Assembly (NCBI GenBank): GCA_965261085.1
Contig: OZ253442.1
Location: 1,248,001 to 1,312,000 of the forward strand
Reading direction: 5' to 3'
DNA from: a bacterium
Lineage (GTDB): Bacteria > UBA8248
DNA length: 64,000 bases
Shown here piece after piece: positions 39,289 through 48,767 of this stretch. How positions within the stretch are numbered: the stretch's first letter is position 1; every line of letters starts with the position of its first letter. Made by a program: the position numbers and the translations under genes. The notes under the pieces were generated by a model that saw nothing but the letters and a program-made list of their open reading frames with translations, searched no databases and was not told the DNA's origin.

Positions 39289-39514
39289 CTAATGCATTAC
39301 ATTTCGGCAAGATTCGGATGAGAAAGGCATCATGCTGGTGGTGATAGTTTCCTGAGCGGTCTTGTTTTAGTTATTCCTATACACAATCGGCAATAATTTC
39401 TGAAAAAGTTATAAAAACAAATAAGAAAGTTGCAAATAAAACAATAATTAGTTTATAGTTCGCCGCATTAAGTTGTAAATATTAAATGAGAAAGTTTTAA
39501 ATAGGTCGTTTCAT

Positions 39515-40543
39515 ATGGTCAAAATCAGACAAACCGAGGAAATAAGAGAGTACATCCTCAACAGCGTAGAAGCGCATCCCCAGCATATCGCCAGGATGAC
39601 GTCCGAGAGATTCGGGATCTCCAGGCCCGCCGTGAGCAAACACTTAAGGTCGCTTATAGAGGGTGGTTTTCTGGAGGCGAGCGGCTCAACGAGCGCGCGT
39701 AGGTATTCGCTGCGAGAAATCCTGGATGAGAGTTGGAGGTTCAAGGTCGATGAAATCGAGGAAGACCGCGTTTGGCGTGAAAATGTACGACCCCACCTTA
39801 AGGAGCTTCCCGAAAATATTTTTGACATTTGTTATTACGGTTTTACGGAAATGCTCAACAATGTGATTGATCATTCAGAGTCGGAAGAAGCCCTGGTTCA
39901 CCTGTCTCGAACTGCAACGAACCTTACGATTAATGTGATAGACGCAGGCGTTGGAATTTTCAAGAAGATTCAGGCGGAGTTTGACTTGCATGATCCCCGC
40001 CACGCTCTCCTGGAACTATCGAAAGGGAAACTCACGACGGATGAGGCGAGGCACACTGGCGAAGGGATATTTTATACTTCGCGAATGTTCGACAAGTTTA
40101 CTATCGTCTCGGACACTCTTTGTTTTATTCGTGAAAACGATGAAGATGACTGGCTGATTGAAACATCGGAGGGAGAGAGCCTTCAAGGAACCATAATCAG
40201 GCTGGAAATAAAAACAAAGACCCAAAGAACGTCGCTGGAAGTTTTCGAGAAATTCGCCGCCGGGGAGGAGGATCTGGATTTTTCCCGAACCCACGTTCCT
40301 CTTCAGCTTCTATTATATGAAGGAGAAGAGCTTATTTCCCGCTCCCAGGCGAAGAGATTGTTGATACGCCTCGATGGCTTCAGGGAAGTCCTCCTCGATT
40401 TCAAGGGGATCAAAAGAATCGGACAGGCTTTCGCGGATGAAATTTTCAGGGTCTACAAGAACACGCATCCCCATGTAGAAATTGTTGACGTCGGGGCGAC
40501 CGAGCATGTGCAGCAAATGATCAACCGGGCAAGACGCCGTTGA
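39515..40543 (+). CDS. HTH + HATPase-like + STAS-like (DUF4325) protein
   Basis: ISRPAVSKHLRSL, FTEMLNNVIDHS, DAGVGIF, HTGEGIFYTSR, SRSQAKRL, LDFKGI..IGQAFADEIFRV. Confidence 0.85.
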   Translation: MVKIRQTEEIREYILNSVEAHPQHIARMTSERFGISRPAVSKHLRSLIEGGFLEASGSTSARRYSLREILDESWRFKVDEIEEDRVWRENVRPHLKELPENIFDICYYGFTEMLNNVIDHSESEEALVHLSRTATNLTINVIDAGVGIFKKIQAEFDLHDPRHALLELSKGKLTTDEARHTGEGIFYTSRMFDKFTIVSDTLCFIRENDEDDWLIETSEGESLQGTIIRLEIKTKTQRTSLEVFEKFAAGEEDLDFSRTHVPLQLLLYEGEELISRSQAKRLLIRLDGFREVLLDFKGIKRIGQAFADEIFRVYKNTHPHVEIVDVGATEHVQQMINRARRR

Positions 40544-40800
40544 TGCGTGTGTGAATGAAGAGGCGGCTTTCTGGCCGATTCCTCATCGGCGCAGAGGCTT
40601 CACGCCGAAGAGCAGCGTGGCGTCGCCGCTCCCTTGTAATCAGTGTAATCAGTCGCTCCCCCGCTACAGCCGATGAGAGCGAAAAAGGCGATGAGGGGCG
40701 TGGGGCGTTTTCGCATGAGGGGTGGCCCTTGTGGCGTCGGGTCCATCAGTGGAGCCATGCGTGATGTTAGCCCACATGGGGATTTGGGGCTATGGGGGTA

Positions 40801-41334
40801 TTAGCTCACCAGTGCTTTGTAATATATGGACTGGCCACATTTGATTGTCTTAAAGGGACGATTTGGTTGCTTGTTTTTTACTGGAGTAGATCTACGTTTT
40901 TTGATGCTGCCAGTGATATGAAGCAAAATGAGATGCTGATTTTTAATCGCAGGATTTAGATAATTTGGGTCATTAAAAAAACGATAGCCTATAGAAGCGC
41001 AATAATCCATCACGCACTGTGCTCCATGAAGTTGCCGCTCGACTTCCGTTCTTTGAAATTTGCCGGATTTAAGCTCGATAAATACGATTTCATCATTATT
41101 GACTACCGCATAATCGGCGCGTTTTGCTATGCCGTGCCTGCCGTTTAAGAAATCGGTTTTCTCCTTGAACCTGTCTATTTTTACGAGGAGGCTATCCGGC
41201 GGCAAACCTTTCAATTCGATTTGATAAGGATTCGATGGGTCGGTTTCTTTCAGAATCGCCACGCCTTGGCTAGAGACTTTTGTGATGGATGATTGATGGA
41301 GAATGCCGCGTAAATTATCGGTGCAGGGCGCCAC
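40801..41334 (-). CDS. Putative PD-(D/E)xK nuclease-like protein
   Basis: KRADYAVV...IVFIELKSG...QL motif; start abuts the ATPase stop. Confidence 0.6.
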   Translation of the reverse strand: MAPCTDNLRGILHQSSITKVSSQGVAILKETDPSNPYQIELKGLPPDSLLVKIDRFKEKTDFLNGRHGIAKRADYAVVNNDEIVFIELKSGKFQRTEVERQLHGAQCVMDYCASIGYRFFNDPNYLNPAIKNQHLILLHITGSIKKRRSTPVKNKQPNRPFKTIKCGQSIYYKALVS

Positions 41335-42741
41335 TTAGTCTTCCTCCCACATGATGGCATCCTGTATGCGGTTCATGTCATCAATCGTGGTATCGAAACT
41401 TCGCGCCTCGATACCTAACTCCGGGTCTATTTTCGCTTCCACCAAGGTTTGGCATCTGGTCCTGCGTTGGTTGCCGTCGAGTTTAACGAGCGCTTCTTCC
41501 GCGATATAAACTTTGATTTTTTCGGAGCCTAGAAGTTCGGAACTGTCATACCCTTCTCGCTTGGCGATTTTTTTCAAGTGGGGTTTATTCTGGCTTAGCA
41601 TGATCAGGGTGTTGAGTTCCTTGACGATGTAATCGCTATGCGTGGTGATGAAGACCTTGATACCGAGATTCACCAGCCGCGCAAAAAGCCGCGCGATGCG
41701 GCGTTGGTTTTCGGGATGCAGGTTCAATTCCGGCTCATCCACAATTAACAAGTCGCCGCGTTTGGCGACATGTCGCAAATAGAAACCGATATCGAGCATG
41801 GAGCGCACCCCGCTGGAGCTCTCGTCCATGTTCAGCCTGATGCGCTTGCCCCTGGGTATGAAATACAGTTCGTCGTTGCGCATCACCCTATATGTCCCAC
41901 CAATGATGTCGGCGAACCGCTTCAACACTTCGGGATGCTTGGCGGCGAGAAAACTTTTTTGTTTGGCAACGTCCTCAAGCTGACGTGTGAAATCAACATT
42001 TTTTTCAACAGGCAATGGGTAGTCCTGGTAAGACTTGTACAGTAGTTCACGAGGGTCAATCTTATCATCCGCCTGGCTCATTTCTTTCAACAAACGATTG
42101 CGGGCGAAGTTCAGTTCCTTTCGGAAAATTGCGGCGCCCGTCCGTTCAGCGCTGGCGATGAAAGGAGTGGGAAAAAACGGGCCGAAAATGATTTCATTGA
42201 TAGCCCCGGCAACCCTTCGCTTAAACAAACTAGGCGGCCTGTACACGGCTTGCATGTCCATTAGCAATGAGACTTCCAGTTCCTCACTTCCTTTGCTCTT
42301 AGAAAGGAAGATGATTTCACGATTCAAAGCGCGTATGTTGCGCTCAAAAGACATTGGTTTTATTGAACGGAACAAAGCCTTCTCTTCCAGCGATACCTGA
42401 AACCGACTACCCTGAAATTTCTCTCGTGATGCTGCAAAAACATTATGTAAATCCAAATAGTAACCACGACAGATCCGATTAAGGATTTTTTGCGCGTTTT
42501 GGGCGTATTCCGGGAGGTTGATCCGCGTGACACCATTTTCCCTTAACTCATCGAATGCCTTGTCGGGTAAATAACGGTAGTCATCGGTACGAAAACGCTT
42601 CCGCAACAAATCCAAGAAACCATACAGAGCATAAGTCGCGTAGGTTTTACCGGTATTGTTTTCACCACAGATGATGGTGAAATCGCCCAGGCTGAACTCC
42701 GCCTGTTTTAGAACACCGAGATTTTTGACTATTATTTTCAT
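41335..42741 (-). CDS. ABC-type (AAA_15/AAA_21-like) ATPase
   Basis: KNLG, GENNTGKT, SAERTG, SSSGVRS, IVDEPELNLHP.NQ, ITTHSDY. Confidence 0.88.
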   Translation of the reverse strand: MKIIVKNLGVLKQAEFSLGDFTIICGENNTGKTYATYALYGFLDLLRKRFRTDDYRYLPDKAFDELRENGVTRINLPEYAQNAQKILNRICRGYYLDLHNVFAASREKFQGSRFQVSLEEKALFRSIKPMSFERNIRALNREIIFLSKSKGSEELEVSLLMDMQAVYRPPSLFKRRVAGAINEIIFGPFFPTPFIASAERTGAAIFRKELNFARNRLLKEMSQADDKIDPRELLYKSYQDYPLPVEKNVDFTRQLEDVAKQKSFLAAKHPEVLKRFADIIGGTYRVMRNDELYFIPRGKRIRLNMDESSSGVRSMLDIGFYLRHVAKRGDLLIVDEPELNLHPENQRRIARLFARLVNLGIKVFITTHSDYIVKELNTLIMLSQNKPHLKKIAKREGYDSSELLGSEKIKVYIAEEALVKLDGNQRRTRCQTLVEAKIDPELGIEARSFDTTIDDMNRIQDAIMWEED

Positions 42742-42997
42742 AACCTCACCTCCACGACGCTCACCGTATCGTTGTTGAAGGTGTCTCCAAGTTTCTTCGC
42801 ACGAAGCTCGTCAACCTCACGTTTGCTCCATTTAATTGCATGAACTACTCCGCCGCACTATAGGTGCGTATGCGTCCGAAAGGCAAGATTGCCTTGTGAT
42901 GTCTAAACCATGTGCGGCGTGCGCAGGTGAGTGAAAAGTCGGCGCATAATCAAAGTGAACGAGTCATAGCCGAGCGATGCCCCCCGCGATGCGCGAC

Positions 42998-43543
42998 TCA
43001 GGAAGGTGCGGTTTCGTCGCCCTCGCCCAAGGCGCGCTGCATGATCACGCAGTCGAGCCATCGGCCGTGCTTGAACCCGATGGACTCAAGAGCGCCGACG
43101 AGTCGGAAACCGGCGCGCTCGTGCAGCTTGATCGAGGCCGCATTCGCGCTGTCGCCGATGACCGCGACCATCTGGCGCAAGCCCTTTTCGGCGCATGAAT
43201 CGATCAACGAGTCGAGAAGCGCGCCGCCGAGGCCCCGGCGCACGGCGCCCTGCTCGACGTAGACAGAATTTTCGACGGCGTGGCGGAATGCCGGCCGGTG
43301 GTGATAGGGCGCGGCATAGGCGTAGCCGCAGACGGCGCCTTCGATCTCCGCCACGAGATAGGGGAGGCCTTTGGCTCTGACGGCGCGGAAGCGGCGGCGA
43401 ATTTCATGGACATCTGGCGGCTTCTCCTCGAACGAGGCCAGCCCATGCAGCACGTGGTGGGCGTATTTCTTCTGGATTACGGGCAAATCTTCTTCGCGGG
43501 CGTCTCGAACGAGCGGCCCCGCTTTCGAAGCGGCCTTATTCAA
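42998..43543 (-). CDS. GNAT N-acetyltransferase (phosphinothricin/methionine-sulfoximine type)
   Basis: ASFEEKPP, GYAYA, VENSVYV, GLGGALL, NAASIKLHE..GF, GFKHGRWLD. Confidence 0.88.
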   Translation of the reverse strand: MNKAASKAGPLVRDAREEDLPVIQKKYAHHVLHGLASFEEKPPDVHEIRRRFRAVRAKGLPYLVAEIEGAVCGYAYAAPYHHRPAFRHAVENSVYVEQGAVRRGLGGALLDSLIDSCAEKGLRQMVAVIGDSANAASIKLHERAGFRLVGALESIGFKHGRWLDCVIMQRALGEGDETAPS

Positions 43544-43753
43544 TGGTCCTGACTCCCGGCTTTCGTGGATTCGTGGATTCGGCGCACCGGGTGCGCCAGT
43601 GAAACGAGTTGTCGAACTATATACACGGAATCATTTCCATTGGCGATGAAAACCATGCTGGATGAGTCGCGCATGCCGCGATGCTCCCATCACATCACCT
43701 GACATCTAAACAAAATTCTTTTCTTCCCGGTCGAGGCCGGCGTGTGCACAATC

Positions 43754-43824
43754 CCTCCTTCAGCAGTCGGCAAATCCTCCTTCAGCAGTCGAATTTGACC
43801 TTCCTTCAGCAGTCGGATTTGACC
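43754..43824. repeat. Three tandem copies of TCCTTCAGCAGTCG (22-24 bp period)
   Basis: Read directly from the sequence. Confidence 0.8.
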
Positions 43825-43938
43825 ACATCGGTCAAGACTGACACAGGCATTTACCCGCATTTGCCGTCATCGGACTCAAGACGCGCGCGTGTATGATTGC
43901 GAAGCGCATCGCCGCGTTCGAGAATAAGGAATTTCTGA

Positions 43939-43973
43939 AAATATCGATAAATTCACGGGGTTTTTCGATAAAT
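43939..43973. repeat. 35-bp AT-rich sequence, perfect inverted copy of 56729-56763
   Basis: AAATATCGATAAATTCACGGGGTTTTTCGATAAAT. Confidence 0.85.
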
Positions 43974-44186
43974 AAATGAATACTTTTGGGAGGGTCGAAA
44001 AGACGCCGCCGCATCGCAGCGCAGGGGAATTCTGACATGGTCCGCGACTCCCGCGATGACGGATGATGCGCGGATTTGCGGGGAGTTGCGGGGGTGAAAT
44101 TCCCCCGGGCGCGCTTTGCATGGACGCGCGCGTTTTGCCAGAATGCGCGCGGTTGGTTTCGTGTGGTTTTCCTGGGAGAGGCGAGT

Positions 44187-44882
44187 ATGGCGCGGCGCAT
44201 GATTCTGGTGTTGACCCTGGGCGTTCTCATCGGACTGGCGGGTGCGCCCGCCTGGCGCTGGCTCGAAAGAAGCCTTTTCGAGAGCCTGCCCGTCTACTCG
44301 CAACTACCTGATTTTGAATTGGTTGACGCATCGGGCCGCAAGTTCACGAGAGAGCGCCTCAGCGGGAAAGTCTGGGTGGCGGACTTCATATACACGCGCT
44401 GTGAGGATACCTGTCCGCTTCAAACCGCCGAGATGAGGCGGCTTCAGCAGGTGTTCGGTACGCATGAAGACTTCCGGCAGATATCCATCACCACGGACCC
44501 TGCGCATGATAAGGAGGCGCTGTTGTCGGACTATGCGCGGAAATTCGGCGCAGATACGAAACGGTGGTTTTTCCTCACGGGTAAGGAAAAAGAAATCAAA
44601 GACTTGGCGCTCAAGGGCTTTCGCCTGAGCTATGCGACCAAACGAGCCATGCGCTCTCCGAATGGCATCGGTGATTGGGCTTTACGGCTTCTTCCGCCCA
44701 GTGCGCACGCCCATCATCCCGGGCATCAAGAAGAGGGAAAGACGCCGGGAATCCTGATCTCCCACAGTTCGCGCTTCGTGCTCATCGACAGGAATTTCAC
44801 CATCCGGGGCTATTACCACAGCGACGACGCCGATTCCCTCAAAAAGTTGAGGCGGGAATTGAGGATGTTGCTAGATAATTGA
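44187..44882 (+). CDS. SCO/SenC-family copper chaperone
   Basis: N-terminal TM, GKVWVADFIYTRCEDTCP (CxxxC), DP.HD, W.FLTG, HSSRFVLID..IRGYY. Confidence 0.9.
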   Translation: MARRMILVLTLGVLIGLAGAPAWRWLERSLFESLPVYSQLPDFELVDASGRKFTRERLSGKVWVADFIYTRCEDTCPLQTAEMRRLQQVFGTHEDFRQISITTDPAHDKEALLSDYARKFGADTKRWFFLTGKEKEIKDLALKGFRLSYATKRAMRSPNGIGDWALRLLPPSAHAHHPGHQEEGKTPGILISHSSRFVLIDRNFTIRGYYHSDDADSLKKLRRELRMLLDN

Positions 44883-44889
44883 ATTTATT

Positions 44890-45753
44890 CTATTTACGTT
44901 GTTTTCCATCTGCAATCATCTCGGCATAGCCCTCCCGGTAAGACGGGTAGAGAAAGCGATAGCCGGCGGCCTTGAGCCTGGCGTTCGAGCATCTCTTGTT
45001 TGTCGCCGCGCGCGTGGAGACGGCTTTACCGGCACTGGTTTCGCGCGGATGCGGGACGCCCAGCCGATCCGCCAGCCAGTTCAGCACCTCGCGCCGGTCG
45101 GCAGGCGCATCGTCGACGCCGATGTATATCTCATCCGGTGCGTCCATCTGCATGAGGTGGAAGAGGGCGCCCGCGCAATCGTCGCGGTGAATGCGGTTCG
45201 TGAAGCGATGGGGTCCCGTATGGCTCTCGGCCCGGCCCGCCCGGACGGAGTCTATCAGGCGGGTGCGGCCGGGGCCGTATATGCCCGCGAGACGCAAGAT
45301 GGTGGCGGAATGGTTGCTCTCCAGTAAAGTACGCTCGCCTTCCAGCAGGATGCGGCCCGAATAATGGGTTGGCTGCGTAGGTGATTCCTCATCCACCCAG
45401 CAGCCATCGGTTTGCGCATAGACGGCCGTGCTCGAGGTGAAGAAAATTCGCTTGGGTCTTTCTCCTTTTTTATCAATCGCTTCGATGAGATTTCGGGGTC
45501 CATCGGCATACGCCGCCCGGTAGCCGGCCTCGCCGCCGCCACCCGAGGAGAGGGTGTAGAAGATGAAATCGAGGCCCTTGGGGAGGAAATCGCTCAGGTC
45601 TTTATCGTGGACGTCGGCCCCGAGCGGTTTGATGGATTCGGGCAGATTTTCGGGATTTCTACGCATTCCCCAGACGAGATGGCCTTCACCTGCGAGCGCC
45701 GCCCCGAGTGCTGAGCCGACGTAGCCGCATCCTATGATGAGAACGTTCGCCAT
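44890..45753 (-). CDS. NAD(P)-dependent epimerase/SDR (YeeZ-like)
   Basis: IIGCGYVG, SSTAVY, LRLAGIYGPGR, NRIHRDD, NKRCSNARL, YPSYREG. Confidence 0.88.
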   Translation of the reverse strand: MANVLIIGCGYVGSALGAALAGEGHLVWGMRRNPENLPESIKPLGADVHDKDLSDFLPKGLDFIFYTLSSGGGGEAGYRAAYADGPRNLIEAIDKKGERPKRIFFTSSTAVYAQTDGCWVDEESPTQPTHYSGRILLEGERTLLESNHSATILRLAGIYGPGRTRLIDSVRAGRAESHTGPHRFTNRIHRDDCAGALFHLMQMDAPDEIYIGVDDAPADRREVLNWLADRLGVPHPRETSAGKAVSTRAATNKRCSNARLKAAGYRFLYPSYREGYAEMIADGKQRK

Positions 45754-45782
45754 GAAGAGCCTGTGATTGAGAAATGTTTATC

Positions 45783-46631
45783 TTATGGCGTTTCGAGCGA
45801 GGGCACCTTGCCGCGAAATATGCTTTTCAGGTGATGCGGCATAACACGCAGACCGGCGTAGAAGGGCCCGAACTCGCCATACCAGACGCTGGCCTCATCG
45901 AAGCGCATTTCATATACGAGGCGCTTGAATACGAGCGGGTCTTGCGAGAACAGGTATACCCCCCACTCCCAGTCGTCAAAGCCTATGCTGCCCGTGATGA
46001 TTTGCTGAACGCGGCCGGCGTATCTTCTGCCGACGAAACCGTGTTCGCGCATCATTTGCTGGCGCTCCTCTATGGGCAGGCCGTACCAGTTCTTCTCCTC
46101 GCCCCTGCGCTTGTTCATTGGGTAAAAACACAAATATCTCGTTTGGGGGATATCCATGTAGAGGCGCTCTTTCATGCGTTCGCGCTGGTTGTCCATTTCT
46201 TCGGACCATTTCGATTTCCAGTCATCGCTTCCCGGCTCAAGACCCTCATCCACGAACTGGGCGTGGAGTTTCACGGTCATTTCGTAGAGGCCGAGTTCCA
46301 GGAACGAGAGGTAGGATGTCGTTTCATCCATATATTCCGCCAGCGCTAGCCGCCGTAGACCGAGTTCGACTTCATTGAGCGCATCGAGCGTGGGTCTGAA
46401 ATGAAGAAACAGTAAATCTCCTTTGTGGCCCAACAGGCTGAAAAGGGCGCTTTCTCCGGATTCGGGCCGGGCGATGGAGGCGAAGAATTCCGTCGCTTCA
46501 TCCAGTATGCTGTGTTGCCGGGCGCTCTCCAAGCGGTTCCAGGTGGGCCAATTCACCTTGAAAATGTGGTGCAGAATCGCCCATCCATCGAGCGTTTCTG
46601 GCATTTTGGCGTCTTTGAGGTTCGGATTCAA
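45783..46631 (-). CDS. chdC: Coproheme decarboxylase / chlorite-dismutase-like heme protein (HemQ/YwfI type)
   Basis: TLDGW..LH, GHKGDL, CFYPMNKRR...NWY, M.EHG..GR.YAG.V.Q.ITGS.GFDDWEWGV, VYEMRFDE.S. Confidence 0.85.
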   Translation of the reverse strand: MNPNLKDAKMPETLDGWAILHHIFKVNWPTWNRLESARQHSILDEATEFFASIARPESGESALFSLLGHKGDLLFLHFRPTLDALNEVELGLRRLALAEYMDETTSYLSFLELGLYEMTVKLHAQFVDEGLEPGSDDWKSKWSEEMDNQRERMKERLYMDIPQTRYLCFYPMNKRRGEEKNWYGLPIEERQQMMREHGFVGRRYAGRVQQIITGSIGFDDWEWGVYLFSQDPLVFKRLVYEMRFDEASVWYGEFGPFYAGLRVMPHHLKSIFRGKVPSLETP

Positions 46632-46737
46632 TTTCTACTCCCGGAAAATCGAGCGTATCGGCGATGCGTCGTCTTGGGAAAAGAGATACCCCAGAGTCGG
46701 CCATGTTGCAAACATCACGGCTTTAGAGCCCTTCCGG

Positions 46738-47619
46738 CTACCGGGTAGATGGTGAAGCGGGCAACTGGATGGGTTTGCCGGTGGAGTCCGCTTCCTGGAA
46801 GATTTGGTGGCATTTTGAGCAAAGTGTTCTTGCGGCGGCGAGGTTCTCGGCGAGCCGGTCGAAGTCCGGCTTTTTGGTGTTTTTCTCCATGATTTCGGCG
46901 AGGTCGAGTAGTTTCCGGGTCAAGCCATCATATAACTCCTGTGCTTCTCCCTCCCTGAGATTCGATATCCAGGGAACGAGGTACCGGAACTTTTCGGCTA
47001 ATTGCCCGATTTGGTGTTCTTTTCGCCGTGGGATGGACTTGCCGTCAAGACCCAAGGTGAGCGTTTCACGACCGAGGTTCGCCAGGGTTTTTTCTAGGTC
47101 CCTCATCACGTCCTTGACCGATTCGGGGTCGAAATCGAAAGAAAATTGCGCTCGTATGAGATGAGGCGCCAGACCGGATATGACAGCCGTGATGGTATAT
47201 GGACCTATTTCGCCTAGCTTGACGTTTGCGCCATAGATTATTTGTTTGCCTTTCTGGAATCTTTTGAGCGTGAAGGTCTTTTCCCATTCGTTTTGGGCGA
47301 ATTTCAATTTCACATCAATTTTTCTCGTTGAGTAATTACTGTCTTTGGCGTTGCTAATCCGCATCTCAAAACGATGGGTGAATCGAGATAAGAGCTTATG
47401 GGTGTGTCCAAGATATTTCGGAGCGTTTCTGTGTTTTATCAACCTTGGGGGCATGATGTTCAGTTCTATCTCAGTAGATCCTATATTCTTCTTGCCGACT
47501 TCTTGGAGGATATAGGCTATGGAACTGGTGTGGTGCGCAGGGCTGTTACGAGGGAAGAAAGCAATGCAGAATAGAAACAAGAGGAAGAGACTGATTGCCA
47601 AGTAGTGGAAATTTCTCAT
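46738..47619 (-). CDS. Exported protein: P19/Tp34-like domain plus C-terminal c-type cytochrome (CSKCH)
   Basis: Signal peptide; THRFE...YGANVKL..GPYTI; helical C-terminus ending CSKCH. Confidence 0.6.
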   Translation of the reverse strand: MRNFHYLAISLFLLFLFCIAFFPRNSPAHHTSSIAYILQEVGKKNIGSTEIELNIMPPRLIKHRNAPKYLGHTHKLLSRFTHRFEMRISNAKDSNYSTRKIDVKLKFAQNEWEKTFTLKRFQKGKQIIYGANVKLGEIGPYTITAVISGLAPHLIRAQFSFDFDPESVKDVMRDLEKTLANLGRETLTLGLDGKSIPRRKEHQIGQLAEKFRYLVPWISNLREGEAQELYDGLTRKLLDLAEIMEKNTKKPDFDRLAENLAAARTLCSKCHQIFQEADSTGKPIQLPASPSTR

Positions 47620-47951
47620 AGCCCTTATCTCACTGAAAATATTCTTAAAATCTGCACTGATCGGCCTCTTTTCGCGGCGGAATTCATGCGCTCTTTCATA
47701 ACAGCATTCGGCCCAATGAGGCAATGAATCAAGGTGAATTTCAAGGCCAACTACGAAGAGGGTTGACTTAGAGTGAAAGGTGCATTACTTGAATGGAGAA
47801 GGTGTGAGTTCCTGGCGGTTCCGATTTGATTAGAAGTCAATTTTATAGGTCCTGTGCCTGAAATCACCGATATTTCGTGTGCGAATGACTGCGTTGCACA
47901 TTTTTGAAAACAGTAGCTGCCAATCTGAAAAATTCTTTGAGAGGAGTAGGT

Positions 47952-48692
47952 ATGATTCCCAAACGCTTTCAATTGTGCTTGATGTTTGCGATGTGCCTGA
48001 GCATCGCCTTTGCTGGCTCCGCGGATGCTTATAAGGAAGGAAAAGTAAGCGGTGGGGGGTCGATTAGCGGAGCAATCAAGTTCGAAGGCACCGCCCCGAA
48101 ACCCAAAACGTTTTCCGTGAACAAAGACAAGAAAGTTTGCGGCAAAAAACCGATTACCGATGATAGTCTGGTTGTGAAAGACGGCGGCGTGGTATGGGCC
48201 GTCGTGTCTTTGAAAGGCGTGAAATCCGGCAAGAAGTGGTCGAAGAGCCAGAAAAAAGCGGTCGTTGACCAAAAAGGATGTGTGTACCTGCCTCGAGTCG
48301 CCGTGATGAAGCAAAAAACGAAACTTTTGATGAAAAACAGCGATAAAGTTCTCCACAATGTCCACACCTACCCTGGTAAAACCGGGAACTCGATAGCCAA
48401 TATCGCGCAGCCGAAATTTAAGAAAAAACTGAGAATGTCGACCCGCTATTTCAAGAAGCCCGGTATTATTTCAGTGAAGTGTGACGTACATGACTGGATG
48501 AGAGGGTATATCGTTGTGGCGGATAATCCCTATGTCGGCGTCACGGGGGCCGGGGGCAAATTCGAGATAAAAGATGTTCCCGCAGGCTCCTATACCCTCG
48601 AGATTTGGCATGAGGTTTTGGGCAAGAAATCCATGAAGGTGTCGGTGAAGGGTGGCGCTGCTACGGCGGTGAACGTAACACTGAAAAAATAA
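47952..48692 (+). CDS. Exported protein with cupredoxin-like core and carboxypeptidase-regulatory-like domains
   Basis: Signal peptide; DQKGC.Y.P, NSD..LHNVH, KCDVHDWM, DVPAGSYTL.IWHE; GAGGAG RBS. Confidence 0.8.
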   Translation: MIPKRFQLCLMFAMCLSIAFAGSADAYKEGKVSGGGSISGAIKFEGTAPKPKTFSVNKDKKVCGKKPITDDSLVVKDGGVVWAVVSLKGVKSGKKWSKSQKKAVVDQKGCVYLPRVAVMKQKTKLLMKNSDKVLHNVHTYPGKTGNSIANIAQPKFKKKLRMSTRYFKKPGIISVKCDVHDWMRGYIVVADNPYVGVTGAGGKFEIKDVPAGSYTLEIWHEVLGKKSMKVSVKGGAATAVNVTLKK

Positions 48693-48707
48693 CCCTGAGC
48701 CAAACAA

Positions 48708-48747
48708 CAAAAAAAGGCGGCGGTGAAATAACCGTCGCCTTTTTTTG
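48708..48747. terminator. Bidirectional rho-independent terminator
   Basis: A-run, GGCGGCGGT-GAAATA-ACCGTCGCC stem-loop, T-run, between convergent genes. Confidence 0.85.
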
Positions 48748-48767
48748 TGTGGTTTTGGGTTTTTCTT

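Noticed and set aside
42738-42860. Short minus-strand frame (..KWSKREVDELRAKK..EVRL*) overlapping the ATPase start
   Set aside because: No start codon or RBS and only about 38 codons; may be a gene remnant but cannot be supported.
43754-43824. Mini CRISPR array
   Set aside because: Units are about 14 bp with 8-10 bp similar spacers, and there are no cas genes in the window.
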